The notes under the pieces: model-generated
Database searches by the model: none
Seen by the model: the letters and a program-made list of their open reading frames with translations, nothing else
What the model was told of the DNA's origin: nothing
Shown here: positions 48,458-61,200 of the stretch, piece by piece
Position numbering within the stretch: the first letter of the stretch is position 1
Layout of the letters: every line of letters begins with the position of its first letter
Source of the DNA: Alloascoidea hylecoeti
Taxonomy: Eukaryota
Direction: 5' to 3'
Assembly (NCBI GenBank): GCA_001600815.1
Contig: BCKZ01000014.1
Span: 372,001-436,000 of the forward strand
DNA: 64,000 bases
Made by a program: the position numbers and the translations under genes

Positions 48458-49561
48458 ATGAGCGAAAAGAAACGGCGCAAAGTAGCCAAAGCCTGTATTT
48501 ACTGCCGACGGTCCCACATGCCATGTGACGAGGGCAGACCATGCCAGCGGTGCATCAAACGGGATATCGCTCACCTGTGCAGGGACGATGCTGCTCTCCA
48601 GGCCCCCCAACAACAGCCACAACAGGTACCCCAGGTACCCCAGGTTTCCCAGGTGTCCCAAGGGCAGCCCCAGGTCCCCCCACAGATCCCTCAGGGGCCG
48701 ATGAACCAAATGCTGCAACCCATGATTTCCTACAATATGAACATGAGCAGACCCATTTTCTACTCCGAGCAGGCAAATGCCGAGTTTTCGTCCTTGAATG
48801 ATTTCTTGGCCCTGATCGATGACCCTGTGGATATCGCCTCGCTGACCTCTTTGGAGTACCCTCTTCCACCCTCCCGCACGCACCCTACCACCTTCGACAT
48901 ATCCGACTCCGCACGGGATAAGTTCTTTCTAACTGCGGCTGACCCTTCTACCGAAATATCCCCTGAGGAGCGACTCAAACAGGTTATACAGGCAAAACTA
49001 GAAGCTGGCCTACTTCAACCTTTTAATTATGCCAAAGGATATGCCCGCTTACAAAAATATATGGATAATTATATGAATACATCGTCCCGTCAAAGAATTT
49101 TAAAACCATTATCAATATTTAGACCAGCATTTCGTGCAATTGCCAAAACTTTAAAAGATGTCGATTTAGTACTTGTTGAAGAAGCATTTGAAAGAATGTT
49201 ATTAGATTACGATAGAGTTTTCACTTCAATGGCAATACCTGCTTGTTTATGGAGACGTACTGGTGAAATATATCGTGGTAATAAAGAATTTGCTGGTTTG
49301 GTTGAAGTTTCTGTTGAAGATTTAAGAGATGGTAAATTAGCAATTTATGAATTGATGAGCGAAGAAAGTGCTGTTAATTATTGGGAAAAATATGGTGATA
49401 TTGCCTTTGATTCTGGTCAAAAGGCTGTTTTAACAAGTTGTAATTTAAGAACAAGAAATGGTAGGAAAAGAAAAGCTTGTTGTTTTAGCTTCACAATTAG
49501 AAGAGATAGATATAATATTCCAAGTTGTATAGTTGGAAATTTTATACCCATACATCCATAG
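48458..49561 (+). CDS. RDS2: Zn2Cys6 gluconeogenic transcription factor Rds2/AcuM
   Basis: ACIYCRRSHMPCDEGRPCQRC, FFLTAADPSTEISPEERLKQVIQAKLEAGLLQPFNYAKGYARL, IPSCIVGNFIP. Confidence 0.93.
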   Translation: MSEKKRRKVAKACIYCRRSHMPCDEGRPCQRCIKRDIAHLCRDDAALQAPQQQPQQVPQVPQVSQVSQGQPQVPPQIPQGPMNQMLQPMISYNMNMSRPIFYSEQANAEFSSLNDFLALIDDPVDIASLTSLEYPLPPSRTHPTTFDISDSARDKFFLTAADPSTEISPEERLKQVIQAKLEAGLLQPFNYAKGYARLQKYMDNYMNTSSRQRILKPLSIFRPAFRAIAKTLKDVDLVLVEEAFERMLLDYDRVFTSMAIPACLWRRTGEIYRGNKEFAGLVEVSVEDLRDGKLAIYELMSEESAVNYWEKYGDIAFDSGQKAVLTSCNLRTRNGRKRKACCFSFTIRRDRYNIPSCIVGNFIPIHP

Positions 49562-50228
49562 GATGATGAAATATTATGAATTTCCAAACAAAGGTTTTAG
49601 TTTCCATAATAATGATAATACTGTTTTGCTATTGATATTCTTATAACTAGTATGTGCATTGTGCACTAATACGATGTAAATCATGAAGATCAGTTGGGAC
49701 TTTTGAGATGTAATAATATATGATATTAGCCATAGTGTGTTAAAGTTTACTTAAGTACGTGTATTCAGGATATAGAATTCTTGATAATTTGATTAAAGTT
49801 TTAGAAAAATCCTATTGGAAAGTACTCATTCGTTTATTAAGCTATTCACCAGAATTAGATGAAAAAAAATCAATGTGTATTGACCCTAAAAATGTGTGAA
49901 ATTGTGTTTAAGGCTTTGAAGTTTCTGACTTTTACAGACCACCAGTTATAATCATATGTCCTAATGTTGTGGAGGATTTATAATTGTATAATAATAACTA
50001 TGATTTGAACAGTATCGAACTGACATGTAATAGTTTTTAGATTAGCTAGTAGATAATTAGTTATATAACTTATACGATATATTCACAATTATAAAAGAAA
50101 ATGTATATGATTACTTGTCGCTACAGATATTTTAGTTATAAATTTCAAATACTTTTTTTATATTAGCTCTATATGATATGTTGTATTTAAAATGTCACAA
50201 TTAATTAAGATTATAACTAATACAATGT

Positions 50229-51905
50229 TTACTTTTCGATATCAATATCCAAGCTCTTTGATTTTGTAGACGATTCAGGAACAAGAAAGAAAACAAATAA
50301 AACAGAAAATATTAGTCCAAGACAAATAATCATATTATAATAATAAACCCCAATAACTTCAATCAAAAAAGGTGAAAAATAAGTAACAAAAGCTGCTGTG
50401 AACCAACTTGTTGAATATGAAAATGAATTTAATGTTTTGTTTAATATCGAAAAGTTAACCAATGTCTCCTCACAAATAGTACTCGAGGTAGTTCCCCAGA
50501 AAGCAGAATATGCAAACACATAAGAACATATAAGCCCGAAAATTGCATCACCGATTAATATGTGATTTTTTGCATTTAAAAAACCGAGTCCTAATACCGA
50601 GGATGAAAGCAGACATAAAAACATAGTTGTGGAACCAAAAATTAAAATTAATTTTCTTTTCATTTTAATAGTAAGTAATCCAATAATAATTCCAAAGAGA
50701 TAAACTGCTGTAATAATCATCATCAAAATAAATGGATCATTATTAATATGACTATTACTAATAGTAATATTTTTGATAATCTCAGGGAAATAATGTAAAA
50801 GAAAATGAATACCTGTTAGTTGCTCGAAGAATTGAATACCAATACAAGCTATTAATTTATAAGTCACCTTTTTGTCTGAGAACACTATCATTGATAATTT
50901 TCTTAATCCTTTAAGGGAAAGAGGAACAGATAATACATTTTTATCTTCATCTTGTTTAGATATTTCTAATATTTGACACTGGACTGTTAAATCATGAATA
51001 TCTAAACCCATTGCTTTTCCAAGGTTCAATCTAGCTTTATATTTCTTATCAATTGTTATTAAATATACTGGAGACTCAAATGAAAATAAAACCCCAATTA
51101 TAACAATAGTAGACCAGACAAGAGAAAGAAGTGTTATGAATTTCCATTGACTATAATAACCAATATCAATTTTGATATTTTCTGTAAGTTTAATNAACAG
51201 AGCTCCACTGAACATGCCAAAGGAACTTATAATATGGAAAAGATTAAGCGATAATTGACAAATAGATGGAAATGAATTTTCAGCTATCAATTCTCGACAA
51301 ACAATAGTCAAAGTTCCAGCACCAACTCCAGTCAGAAATCTTCCATACATAATACCTGAATAATCCATTTCATAATCAGGAGTTAAAAGAATTTGAACCA
51401 ACATTCCAATATCATAAATTGCTACACCCAATAAAATACACAACTTTCTTCCCATGGAGTCACTGAGTCTTGAAACTCCGGCAGAACCAACAGCGGCCCC
51501 AACAGCGAAAATAGCAATTATTCCACCCATATTTTGGTGAGAAAATTTAAACTCTTTCATATAGAATAGTCCACCGATNGTACCGAAATCCCAGAAAATA
51601 ATAAATCCTCCAAAAGATAACATAACACAAAGTACAAGATTAATAAAGTATCTGGAATATCTTATTGAATTTTTTGACTCCTCTTCTTTATTAGAACAAA
51701 ATAATAAAGANTCTANGTCNNTTTTNGNNAAACCNTTATAAACAGTTTCTTCGTTGATTTTCAATTCTTTTTTGTGATGACCAGAGGTGGTCGAAAATGA
51801 AGAGACAATAGGGTTTGAATCTTGATCCAAATCGACTTCCTCAAAGGTCTCCTGTTCAATATTTCTCGAATCAGAACAATTAGAGGATGGTTCTTTAGAA
51901 GACAT
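50229..51905 (-). CDS. Highly diverged sugar porter, HXT14-like (contains Ns)
   Basis: FGGFIIFWDFG, SDSMGRK, ESPVYL, FEQLTGIHF, FFLVPES. First ATG (MSSKEP) is at 51905. Confidence 0.8.
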   Translation of the reverse strand: MSSKEPSSNCSDSRNIEQETFEEVDLDQDSNPIVSSFSTTSGHHKKELKINEETVYXGXXKXDXXSLLFCSNKEEESKNSIRYSRYFINLVLCVMLSFGGFIIFWDFGXIGGLFYMKEFKFSHQNMGGIIAIFAVGAAVGSAGVSRLSDSMGRKLCILLGVAIYDIGMLVQILLTPDYEMDYSGIMYGRFLTGVGAGTLTIVCRELIAENSFPSICQLSLNLFHIISSFGMFSGALXIKLTENIKIDIGYYSQWKFITLLSLVWSTIVIIGVLFSFESPVYLITIDKKYKARLNLGKAMGLDIHDLTVQCQILEISKQDEDKNVLSVPLSLKGLRKLSMIVFSDKKVTYKLIACIGIQFFEQLTGIHFLLHYFPEIIKNITISNSHINNDPFILMMIITAVYLFGIIIGLLTIKMKRKLILIFGSTTMFLCLLSSSVLGLGFLNAKNHILIGDAIFGLICSYVFAYSAFWGTTSSTICEETLVNFSILNKTLNSFSYSTSWFTAAFVTYFSPFLIEVIGVYYYNMIICLGLIFSVLFVFFLVPESSTKSKSLDIDIEK

Positions 51906-53102
51906 TTTGGTTGTTTGTAGTAAGAGTAATAATTTGTTTGTGTATAATGAAGAGGTTGAAGAAGAAAACAAATTGGGGAATGGGCTTTTTTATAACCCAA
52001 TTATTTCTATATTTATTGTTTGCATTGTATGAATCGAAGGAACTGGAGTTTAATAATCTCTATAAATTGGGAATTTCTCCATTTGTCGATTACATTATTT
52101 TTATGGTCATTAAAGTTTATGGAAAAGAAGGAAACTATAATATATCGACACTAATGTCGGTTAATATAACTTCCAAATTGATATATTTCTATATTTCTAT
52201 ATTATCAAGACAAATTGCTGATAATAATATATTATTTATCATTAACTTCGACTTATTGATCTAACGACTTTCAACATATTGAATTTTTTGTTAATCCAGC
52301 TGCAGGAACCGCTTTATTAACTTATATATATTCATGTACTGTACGATGTCTTCATTGAAATGTATACATATTGATAATTCTAACTTACACTTCATATATT
52401 GGTAATTTATTAAAAATCAAGTCAAGTGAAGTATTTATCAATTGATTTAAGGACATATTAAATCATAGAATTAATAATGATATTAGAGCGTTGCTAATGT
52501 TGATGAAACTAATTTTGTGACCAAAAAAGGTGCTCAACATCAGAGTGTAATTGTCGTGCTGCCGCCTCAAACACTAATGTTTTAGTATCAAGTTTCCAGG
52601 ATACTAGCATTAGATATATCATTCTTTTAATAAGCTAACTACCAACAACAGGCCTCAACAGCAAATGATCAGAAGAACAGTAATATATTAAAGTGAACAT
52701 CTTGATATGCATGTTAAATGCATATGCTATATCTAGAAATCGTACCGAGTGTTCTGGTAGCACAGTAACATTATGTGTGAATCCACATGGAACATTTCTA
52801 AATATGATACTATGCATATGCATATGTATATATGATAATAAAAAAGGAAGGAAGAAGTTACAATGGATGTGAAAATATCAAACCTTATTATTAATTATGA
52901 GGCACTACATAAATTTAGCGTTATTTTAAAAAGTGTCTGCCAAATAAGGTAATTATTGTGTAAATCAGAAGATATTTTCAGAAAATAGTAGTTAAGCTAT
53001 TGTAATTGTGGGCATAAAAATATCTTTAATCCCACTTTCTGCTCTCTTTTTCTTGTTCAAGTTGTAATCATATATTAGAAATTCAGCTATAATATTGCAA
53101 CA

Positions 53103-53711
53103 ATGAAAGATTATGAGATCGATTACAAGTTGGAAGCCCAAATAATCCGTCGGTATGAGGCATGGGAGAACCACCAATATCAGATAGAAGTGGAAGAAGA
53201 AAAGACGAATGAGATTCAAAAACTTGTGGAACCTTTATCTAATATATGTATAAGAACTTCGAACGGGTTCGTTATTTCTCCTAATAATAGTAAGAACGAA
53301 ATTAATCCAAACACATATAAGGTCGGCTCCAATGTTACTCCAACAGCATGCGGGTCAAATGACCACCAAGNCCAGAATCAACAAAACAAAAAGACAGAGA
53401 GAAAGTCAGATAGTTTAAAGAATAACTCTACCGATAGTACTAATACNAGCTCCACTGGTATATCTGGAGCCCCGGTTGAAATTAATTCGAATATTTGCCC
53501 ATATTGTCAAACTTTCTCGAAAAGCAAACAATTTTGTACCACTCCATTTGGTCTTGTCTGTAATCCATGTGGATTACACTGGAAAAGATGTGTAATAAGA
53601 TTGAAGACACAATTAAGAGCCAGACAGTTCTTTGATTGGAAAATAAGAAACAAGATGCAACTCAACAGAAGAATGAATCTTGTAGATGAATTCGAAAGAT
53701 TTTTTCTTTAA
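53103..53711 (+). CDS. Small GATA zinc-finger protein, Gat3/Gat4-like
   Basis: C-x2-C-x17-C-x2-C: CPYCQTFSKSKQFCTTPFGLVCNPCGLHWKR, followed by a short basic tail (ARQFFDWKIRNK...RR). Confidence 0.75.
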   Translation: MKDYEIDYKLEAQIIRRYEAWENHQYQIEVEEEKTNEIQKLVEPLSNICIRTSNGFVISPNNSKNEINPNTYKVGSNVTPTACGSNDHQXQNQQNKKTERKSDSLKNNSTDSTNXSSTGISGAPVEINSNICPYCQTFSKSKQFCTTPFGLVCNPCGLHWKRCVIRLKTQLRARQFFDWKIRNKMQLNRRMNLVDEFERFFL

Positions 53712-55939
53712 GTGAAATAGTCCAAGGAGGAGGATTAAGATAAAGAAGTACATGAGCGACACTTTTAATGGAGATAGATTGTGAACTTAGATTGCTTGAC
53801 AATTGAAAATGGTATTTTATATCATTTTTGATTCCTAATTATTGTACACTACTATTTATTTTTAATATCTTTAATATTAATCTTTTTACTTTGCTTATCC
53901 ACGTATAGAATGGTTAACTATAATTAATTCAACTGCTCAATCACATCCTCCATCATCTGTTAAAATCTCTATTAATTATTTTTATTGTAAATCCAGCTCT
54001 ATTAATTTGCCGTAGCTGAGTATGTTGAAATTCATGAATCATTTGATCAGTTTCAATATTTCAGGATCTTATTATAAACTTGAATTATCTACTAATTATG
54101 ATACATATTCCATTATGAATAATAGTACTAATGGTCTAATCTCTTTTTATCCTGTGTGCTGGTGTAAATTAAACTCTGGTCGATGCTCTAAATAATCAAG
54201 ACCCGATTTCCAAAACCATAATATAATGAACATACAATCTGATGATTGTATAAAACGACATCATTTATAAGTGAAGAATATCTTCCTTCTGGTGATATCA
54301 GATACTCTATCGGTTTCAATATGATCAATTTCAATTGATACAGACTCCAATGGACCAGAAACCGAATATTTAACGTTATTACCAATACATCTACATACCT
54401 CAAATAAAATTTGATGTCGATATCATTTGCTAAGTTCATCTATTATTGTAACTTTTGAACCAGTTGAAATCCATTTTTTAAAACTTTCAACCTAAAATGA
54501 TCCAGCAGAATGACCAGTTGATTTATGGTCTGTAAATTCATTATTTTTCCAATCTATTCCTAAGGGAAAACGTATATATATATATATTATATACCCATTC
54601 TTGAATCAGCTTTTGAATCATTATTATAGTATTTTCGGTGTTCTTGATCTTGAAACTTCGATATATTATCATTTTCAACTATCTGTCTTCGTGATTTGGA
54701 AACTATTCTATGATTCCAAATGAATAATGCTTTTGTGGGGAACCCGAGATAATTATTGTATAAATTATGCTCATCAGGGAGATCGGGGAAATTGTCGTCA
54801 GGATATCTTATTGTAAAGACATTTTAAACGATTGTTGTCTGGGTACTCGTGGTTTCCAATGATATTATGGATTTTTCCAAAAGAAAAAAAAGAAAGAGGT
54901 TACAAAATTTACTCCCTATTTATATGTAATCTAGTGAATGTGATGAATTTAGGCAGATAAAAGTGTCTGCAGCCGGATAAAAATCAAATTGAGGCTTATC
55001 CCTAGTACCAAGCCAAATTACTCCCCTAAGAACCCTTTGAAAAAGCATGAATATGGCAAAGCCATGGAATATACTCGGCATGTATAAGATCTTTTCTCAA
55101 TGAAAAGAACCAAATAATATTTATATCATAAGGATAATACCTATCCATGATCTCAGAAAATCTTATCAATTAATGGTTATAATTTCTTTTGATCTGCCAA
55201 TATAATAAACAAAAAAATTTCCGTTGATATTTGAATTATAATCGATATCATAAATTTTATAGTTGATAGACTTAGTGGCTTTATATATTGACAGTCGTCT
55301 ATCGATAACTATATGAGCATAATCGCAACCGAGAGTCTTGGGTCTACATAAATTCATGAGGTTATAGAATTTATTTGTTGTTATATTTAAAATATTTATT
55401 TAATTTATATTAAAGATATATATATATACATATCCATTTATGCTACTCTATTTACTATATATATTAATGACTGATATGATTCTAGAAGGATGAAATAGAA
55501 GAATGGTAATATCCGAAACTTCTGAGTGGAAATAAAGTGAAAATGGAATGCGTGAATGACTTCAGGTAAAGGATTAATTCATGGTTTTATCTTATTATGT
55601 GCCAAAATAAAGTTAAATAATAAAATGCATATGAGTTAATATTTTTAAATATTGAAACTATATAAATATAAAGTATTTATACGATATATAGATTTATGAT
55701 AATGATATAATTAATATATATATCAAATGCAATACAAAATTTTTTGAAAGCAAAAGAAAAAAATTTTAATGGAAACAATAAATTTAAAAATTTGAAACAA
55801 AACAAAAACAAGAAAAACAAGAGAAATAAAATAGAGATGAATGAAAAATGAACAATGTATCAGAAATACATATATATATATATATATATAAAGTTCTTTT
55901 TATATCGATTGCGTTTGATAAGTTTGAAAAATATCAAGG

Positions 55940-58001
55940 TTAATCATTACCATCTCCTAATCGTTCATTACCAACATAAGTCCAACCACCAAATTGTTTT
56001 TGAACACTTTCACTCAAATAATCATCAACTACTGAATCAGCAGGTAATTCACTTGTAAATTCACTATCAAAATTACTTGTATCCATCTTACCTTTAACAG
56101 GTGGTTTAAAAGGAGGGGCATAACCTTTATTGTATAATCTTTTCCAATCAATTTGTTTAAAGAAAGGATGTAATTTAATTTCAGTTGCACCATTTCCGCC
56201 AAGACGATAGCGAGGATCACGGTGTAATAATTGACTAATTAAAGATCTTGCATCTTTATCCATAAAATCAGGAAACCTAAGAGGATCTTGTAAAATTTTT
56301 CTATACATGACATTAACGTTTTCATCATAATATGGAGGTAAACCAGTTAACATTTCATATAACAAAACCCCTAAAGTCCACCAATCAACAACTTTTGTAT
56401 AACCTTGACCTAATAACAATTCAGGAGCTAAATATTCTGGAGTACCACAAAAAGTATTTGTTTTATCTTCACCTTTCATATTTAACTTACATAAACCAAA
56501 ATCACATAAAGATATATGACCAGCATAATCTAATAAAATATTCTCGGGTTTTAAATCTCGATAAATGATATTATAATCATGTAAACATTCCAAGGCAATT
56601 AATAATTCGGCAGTATAAAATCTTGATCTATTTAAATCAAATCGACCTTCTCTTTGTAAATGATGAAATAATTCACCACCATTTGTAAAAGCTAAAACAA
56701 AATATAATTTTTCAGGACTTTGAAAAGTAAACTTTAAAGGACAAATAAAAGGATTACTTATTCTTGCTAAAACAGTTCTTTCAGCTAATGTATGAATAAC
56801 TTCTGATCTTGAAACAATATGAGCTTTTCTAATTGTTTTCAAAGCATAAATTTGTTGAGTATCTTTTTTACGTACTTGCATAACTTTACCAAAAGAACCT
56901 TTACCAACAACTCTTAATAAATCGAAATCATCAATACTAAGAGCTTTATTTTTAGAAGGTTTAAAATCAAGAGTTATACAGAATTGAGAATTGTTTGTAT
57001 TTTGTAAAGTTTGCCAAGAATGATTTAATATTCGAACAGGAGTTGAAAGTTTACTTAAATGAGGATTAATTTCACAACTACCAATCAAGATATCTCTTTT
57101 ATGAAAAGAAGAAGAATTTCTAGTATGAGAATGAGTAGGTTTTTTCATGGAGGAAGACATGGTTGGCATAGTCGAACTATGTAATTGAGTCAAATCATCT
57201 TCATAATCAGGAGGATAAAAAGATTGAGGAATCCTTGCAAAGATTTGAACGTTAAGTGATTGAGCACGAGAAACGTCAAGACTTGATACAGAGTTAAAAA
57301 TAGGTTGTTCAATTGAACCACCTTGTGCTTCAATTTCCAAAATAGTTTTATCAAATTCAATCAAAGCATATACCAAAGATCGTTTAATTAAGCTTGACGG
57401 GATTTGAATAACGGCGGGGATCTCAGCAGCAGTAACATCAGTATATAAATCACCATTCCCGCTAGTATAAGAAGAGCCCGATAATTTATTCATTGTCGCA
57501 CTGGGAACATGACAGGTGAAAGGTAAACGCAACTTCCTCGCTTCGTAGAACTTAACTGTCAGTAAGCCTGGAGTGACAGAGACTGACGGCTGCTGGTTGG
57601 TAGGAGTAGGAGTAGGAGGAGTTTGTATATCCACATCCTGGGATTCTTTCTTTTGTTCGATGTAACTGGTTCTGGTGACAGTTTGCTTTCTAACGGCAGA
57701 GGTTTGTTCGACAACTTCAGAAGATGCGACGGAAGAAGTGGATTGATCAGTTTGCTCCGAACTCACCACACTGTCACTTTCACTCTTTGCCGAGTGTATT
57801 CTGGCCAGATGGGATTTTGGAGGGGATTCTGGAGACGGGTCTGCTGGGGTTGCAGTAGCTGGCACTGTACTCGGGGTGCGCCCGCGGGAAAAAGCAGAGG
57901 AGATGTGGGTTTCCTTGAGCTCTAAAGAAGTCAGTACATTATACAAGTCTTTTTGTAAAGGACGGCAAAGGCATACTTTTCGTCAGTTTCCACGTGGACA
58001 T
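55940..58001 (-). CDS. YPK1: AGC kinase Ypk1/Ypk2; exon 1 58001-57977, intron 57976-57922
   Basis: Spliced N-terminus MSTWKLTKKLKETH, C2-like region, GKGSFGKVMQV, TFCGTPEY, hydrophobic motif FGGWTY. Confidence 0.95.
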
Positions 58002-58087
58002 TTGGAATTTGGAGGTTTTGGGTGAAGATAAGTATGAATTGTGATTAATCAGAAGGAGCGACGGGAGGGTAACCATCCCAAAAACGT

Positions 58088-58118
58088 TACCCGGAACACG
58101 CGCTGCAAGGAAACGCGC
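58088..58118. promoter_or_regulatory. Reb1-like TTACCCG and two MCB-core ACGCG sites in the YPK1/HSL1 divergent promoter
   Basis: ttacccggaacacgcgctgcaaggaaacgcgc. Confidence 0.55.
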
Positions 58119-58226
58119 TTATGCATACATGCACATCAAAAGATTTCCCAATTTGGAAATGCAGTATAAATTAACTGCTTCTCTCATTAGTTAGTACTTC
58201 TCCATTACATATACTGAAAATTGAAA

Positions 58227-61200
58227 ATGCCGACTGGGATCTCTCAAATTTCTCACATTTCTCAGACTTCGACGACTCCACAGATGGAAATGGATTCTGC
58301 TCGGACTACCTCCAGAAGTTCCGGAAACTCTGGACATTCAGGAAGCGATGACTATCGACTGTCACAGGGTTCGAAAGGCTCAACGGCTACTACAGCAACA
58401 AATGATTCCAAAACCAAAAGAAAGAATCCTAAAAACCATGTTGGGCCATGGAGACTTGGGCGGACGCTAGGGAGAGGATCAACCGGCCGTGTTCGTCTCG
58501 CAAAACATTCTGAAACCGGACAATTAGCTGCTGTTAAAATCGTCCTAAAATCAAAGTTTTTAAAGGATTCTACTAGTTCCCGTGCCCGTTCACAAACTCA
58601 TAGTCATGCCGTTAAAGAGCAAAAGTCCAAGGATGCTGAGGTTGACTCGGCTGGTCTTCCGTATGGTATTGAACGTGAAATTATCATAATGAAGTTAATT
58701 AATCATCCAAATGTCATGAGTTTATACGATGTTTGGGAAAATAAAGGTGAATTATACCTTGTTCTAGAATACATCGCCGGCGGGGAATTATTCGATTATC
58801 TTATTAGAAATGGAAGATTAGATGAAAAAGAAGCCATATATTACTTTACACAAATAGTTCAAGGTGTTGATTATTGTCACAGATTTGGTATATGTCATCG
58901 AGATTTAAAACCTGAAAATCTATTGTTGGATAAAAATAACAATATTAAAATTGCTGATTTTGGAATGGCTGCTCTTGAAACAAATGATAAAATGTTGGAA
59001 ACTTCTTGTGGATCTCCACATTATGCTTCCCCTGAAATTGTTGCTGGGAAATCTTATCATGGTGCTCCATCTGATATTTGGAGTTGTGGGATTATATTAT
59101 TTGCTTTATTAACGGCTCATTTACCATTCGATGATACCAATATTCGTAATTTATTATTAAAAGTTCAAAATGGTAAATTTAATATGCCAAAATATTTATC
59201 ACCAGAAGCAAAAGATTTAATTTGGAGAATGTTAAGGATTGATCCAGAAACAAGGATAACAATGACTGAAATTTTATCACATCCATTATTAAATAAATAT
59301 CCTTCAATTAAAACATCATCATCATGTCCACCAATTCCAAAATCTGTTATTGAAAATCCTGTTAAATCAAGAGATGAAATTGATTTTGAAATTTTAAATA
59401 ATTTAAAAACTTTATGGCATGGCATTGATCAAGAAGAAATTATTAATAAATTATTATCAAAAGGTTCTAATTCTGAAAAAGGTTTTTATTGTTTATTAAG
59501 AAAATACAAACATGATCATATGAATGATAATATACCATCAACATCATCATCAACAGTTGTTGATGAAACACAATTAAAATTACAACAATTAGAAGATTCT
59601 AAACCTAAAGTTGTTGAACAACAATCAACACCTAAAAGAAGAAAAAATACTAAATCAAAACGTTACACTAATACAATTCCTAGATCTACTTCACAATCAA
59701 AACATCACAATAGAACAGTCTCTAGATCCACTTCACAGACTAAATCTCTATCCAAATCAAATTTAATACATGAAAACGGACATCTTAAGACATCATCTCG
59801 TTCATCACGAACTTCAATAACAGTCGCTTCACCACATAGACGTGGTGTTTCTTTTAGTAAAGTTAAAAAGAACATTAATTCACATTCAAGAAATACAAGT
59901 ATAAATGATTTTATTAGTCATAGTACTTCAATTACATCAAGATTAACAACGGGTAGTAATATTTATATTATTCATGATGATGATGAACCAATCAAACCAC
60001 CATCTTTACCAAAACATTTATTAGAAATGGTTAATAATGGTAAGTTCACTAACAATAGTGAAGTTGCACCTCTTTCTAATGGTTGGGAATGGTTAACTCC
60101 AACTCCAAATCTTGAATCAAATGGAATTGAAAATGATGAAATTAATGATTGGGCAAAAAATATACTTGAAAATGCTTTTGAATTCGATGATATAAAACCT
60201 AATGATATCAAATCTGAAACCAAACCCAAACCTAAACCCATATTGAAAGAAAATAAAGAGAAGAAACAAAAAGAACAAGAACAAGAAAAAAAATTACAGT
60301 TAGAAGAATCTAAAATTTTAGAGGTTAAGCCACATAAATCATATGGTGATTTATTCGACAGTACACCTACACAACCACCACCCACAAAACCAACAACCCC
60401 AAACCCAGTTATTGAAATTGAAATCAAAAGTAAAGATGAAAATCATCATAGAACAAGAGCATTAACAGAAACATTACCGTCGATTAGGAATTTTACACCA
60501 TCATTAGATCCAAATAATTTTACAAATGATAATTCTAGAATACTTTCATATCCTAATTCTTTTGATCTTGGAAAAGATTTAAATTTTAAATTTGAATTAT
60601 TACAATCAGAATTACAATTACATGATAAAAATAATAAAAATAAAAATAAAAATAAAAATAATAATAATAATGGTACATTTTTATTTGATTTTGAAAAATA
60701 TAAATTACAAAATGGAAATTTATTAAAACCATCACCAATATCAAATGTTACACCAAAATCAAAAGTAATTAAAAGTAAAACAAGATTTGATGATATAATT
60801 GATAATCATTCAATAATTAATAAAAAAACGAGTTTAAGCTTAAGACCAACATCTGATTCAATTGGGTTAGGTTTAAAATTTAATAATTTAAATAATAATA
60901 ACAATAACAATAAAAAAAATGGTAAACGATTTGATGATGCAGTTGAAGATTCAATCATTAATAATAAAACAAGTTTAAGTTTAAGACCAACAGCTGATTC
61001 ATTTGGTTTAGGTTTTACATTGGATGATTTAAATACTACTAATGATAATAATGGGGAACTTTTTGATGATGCGATTGAAATTGAAGAATCAAAAACAAGT
61101 ATTGATGATACAAGAAAACAATTTCAAACTCCACAACAAAATAATACTGGAGGTGGGAGTACAAGAATTACACCAACATATACTAATAATACAAGTACAA

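Noticed and set aside
48374..48978. Several antisense or alternate-frame ORFs over RDS2
   Set aside because: By-products of the local GC richness (few stop codons), with no protein features.
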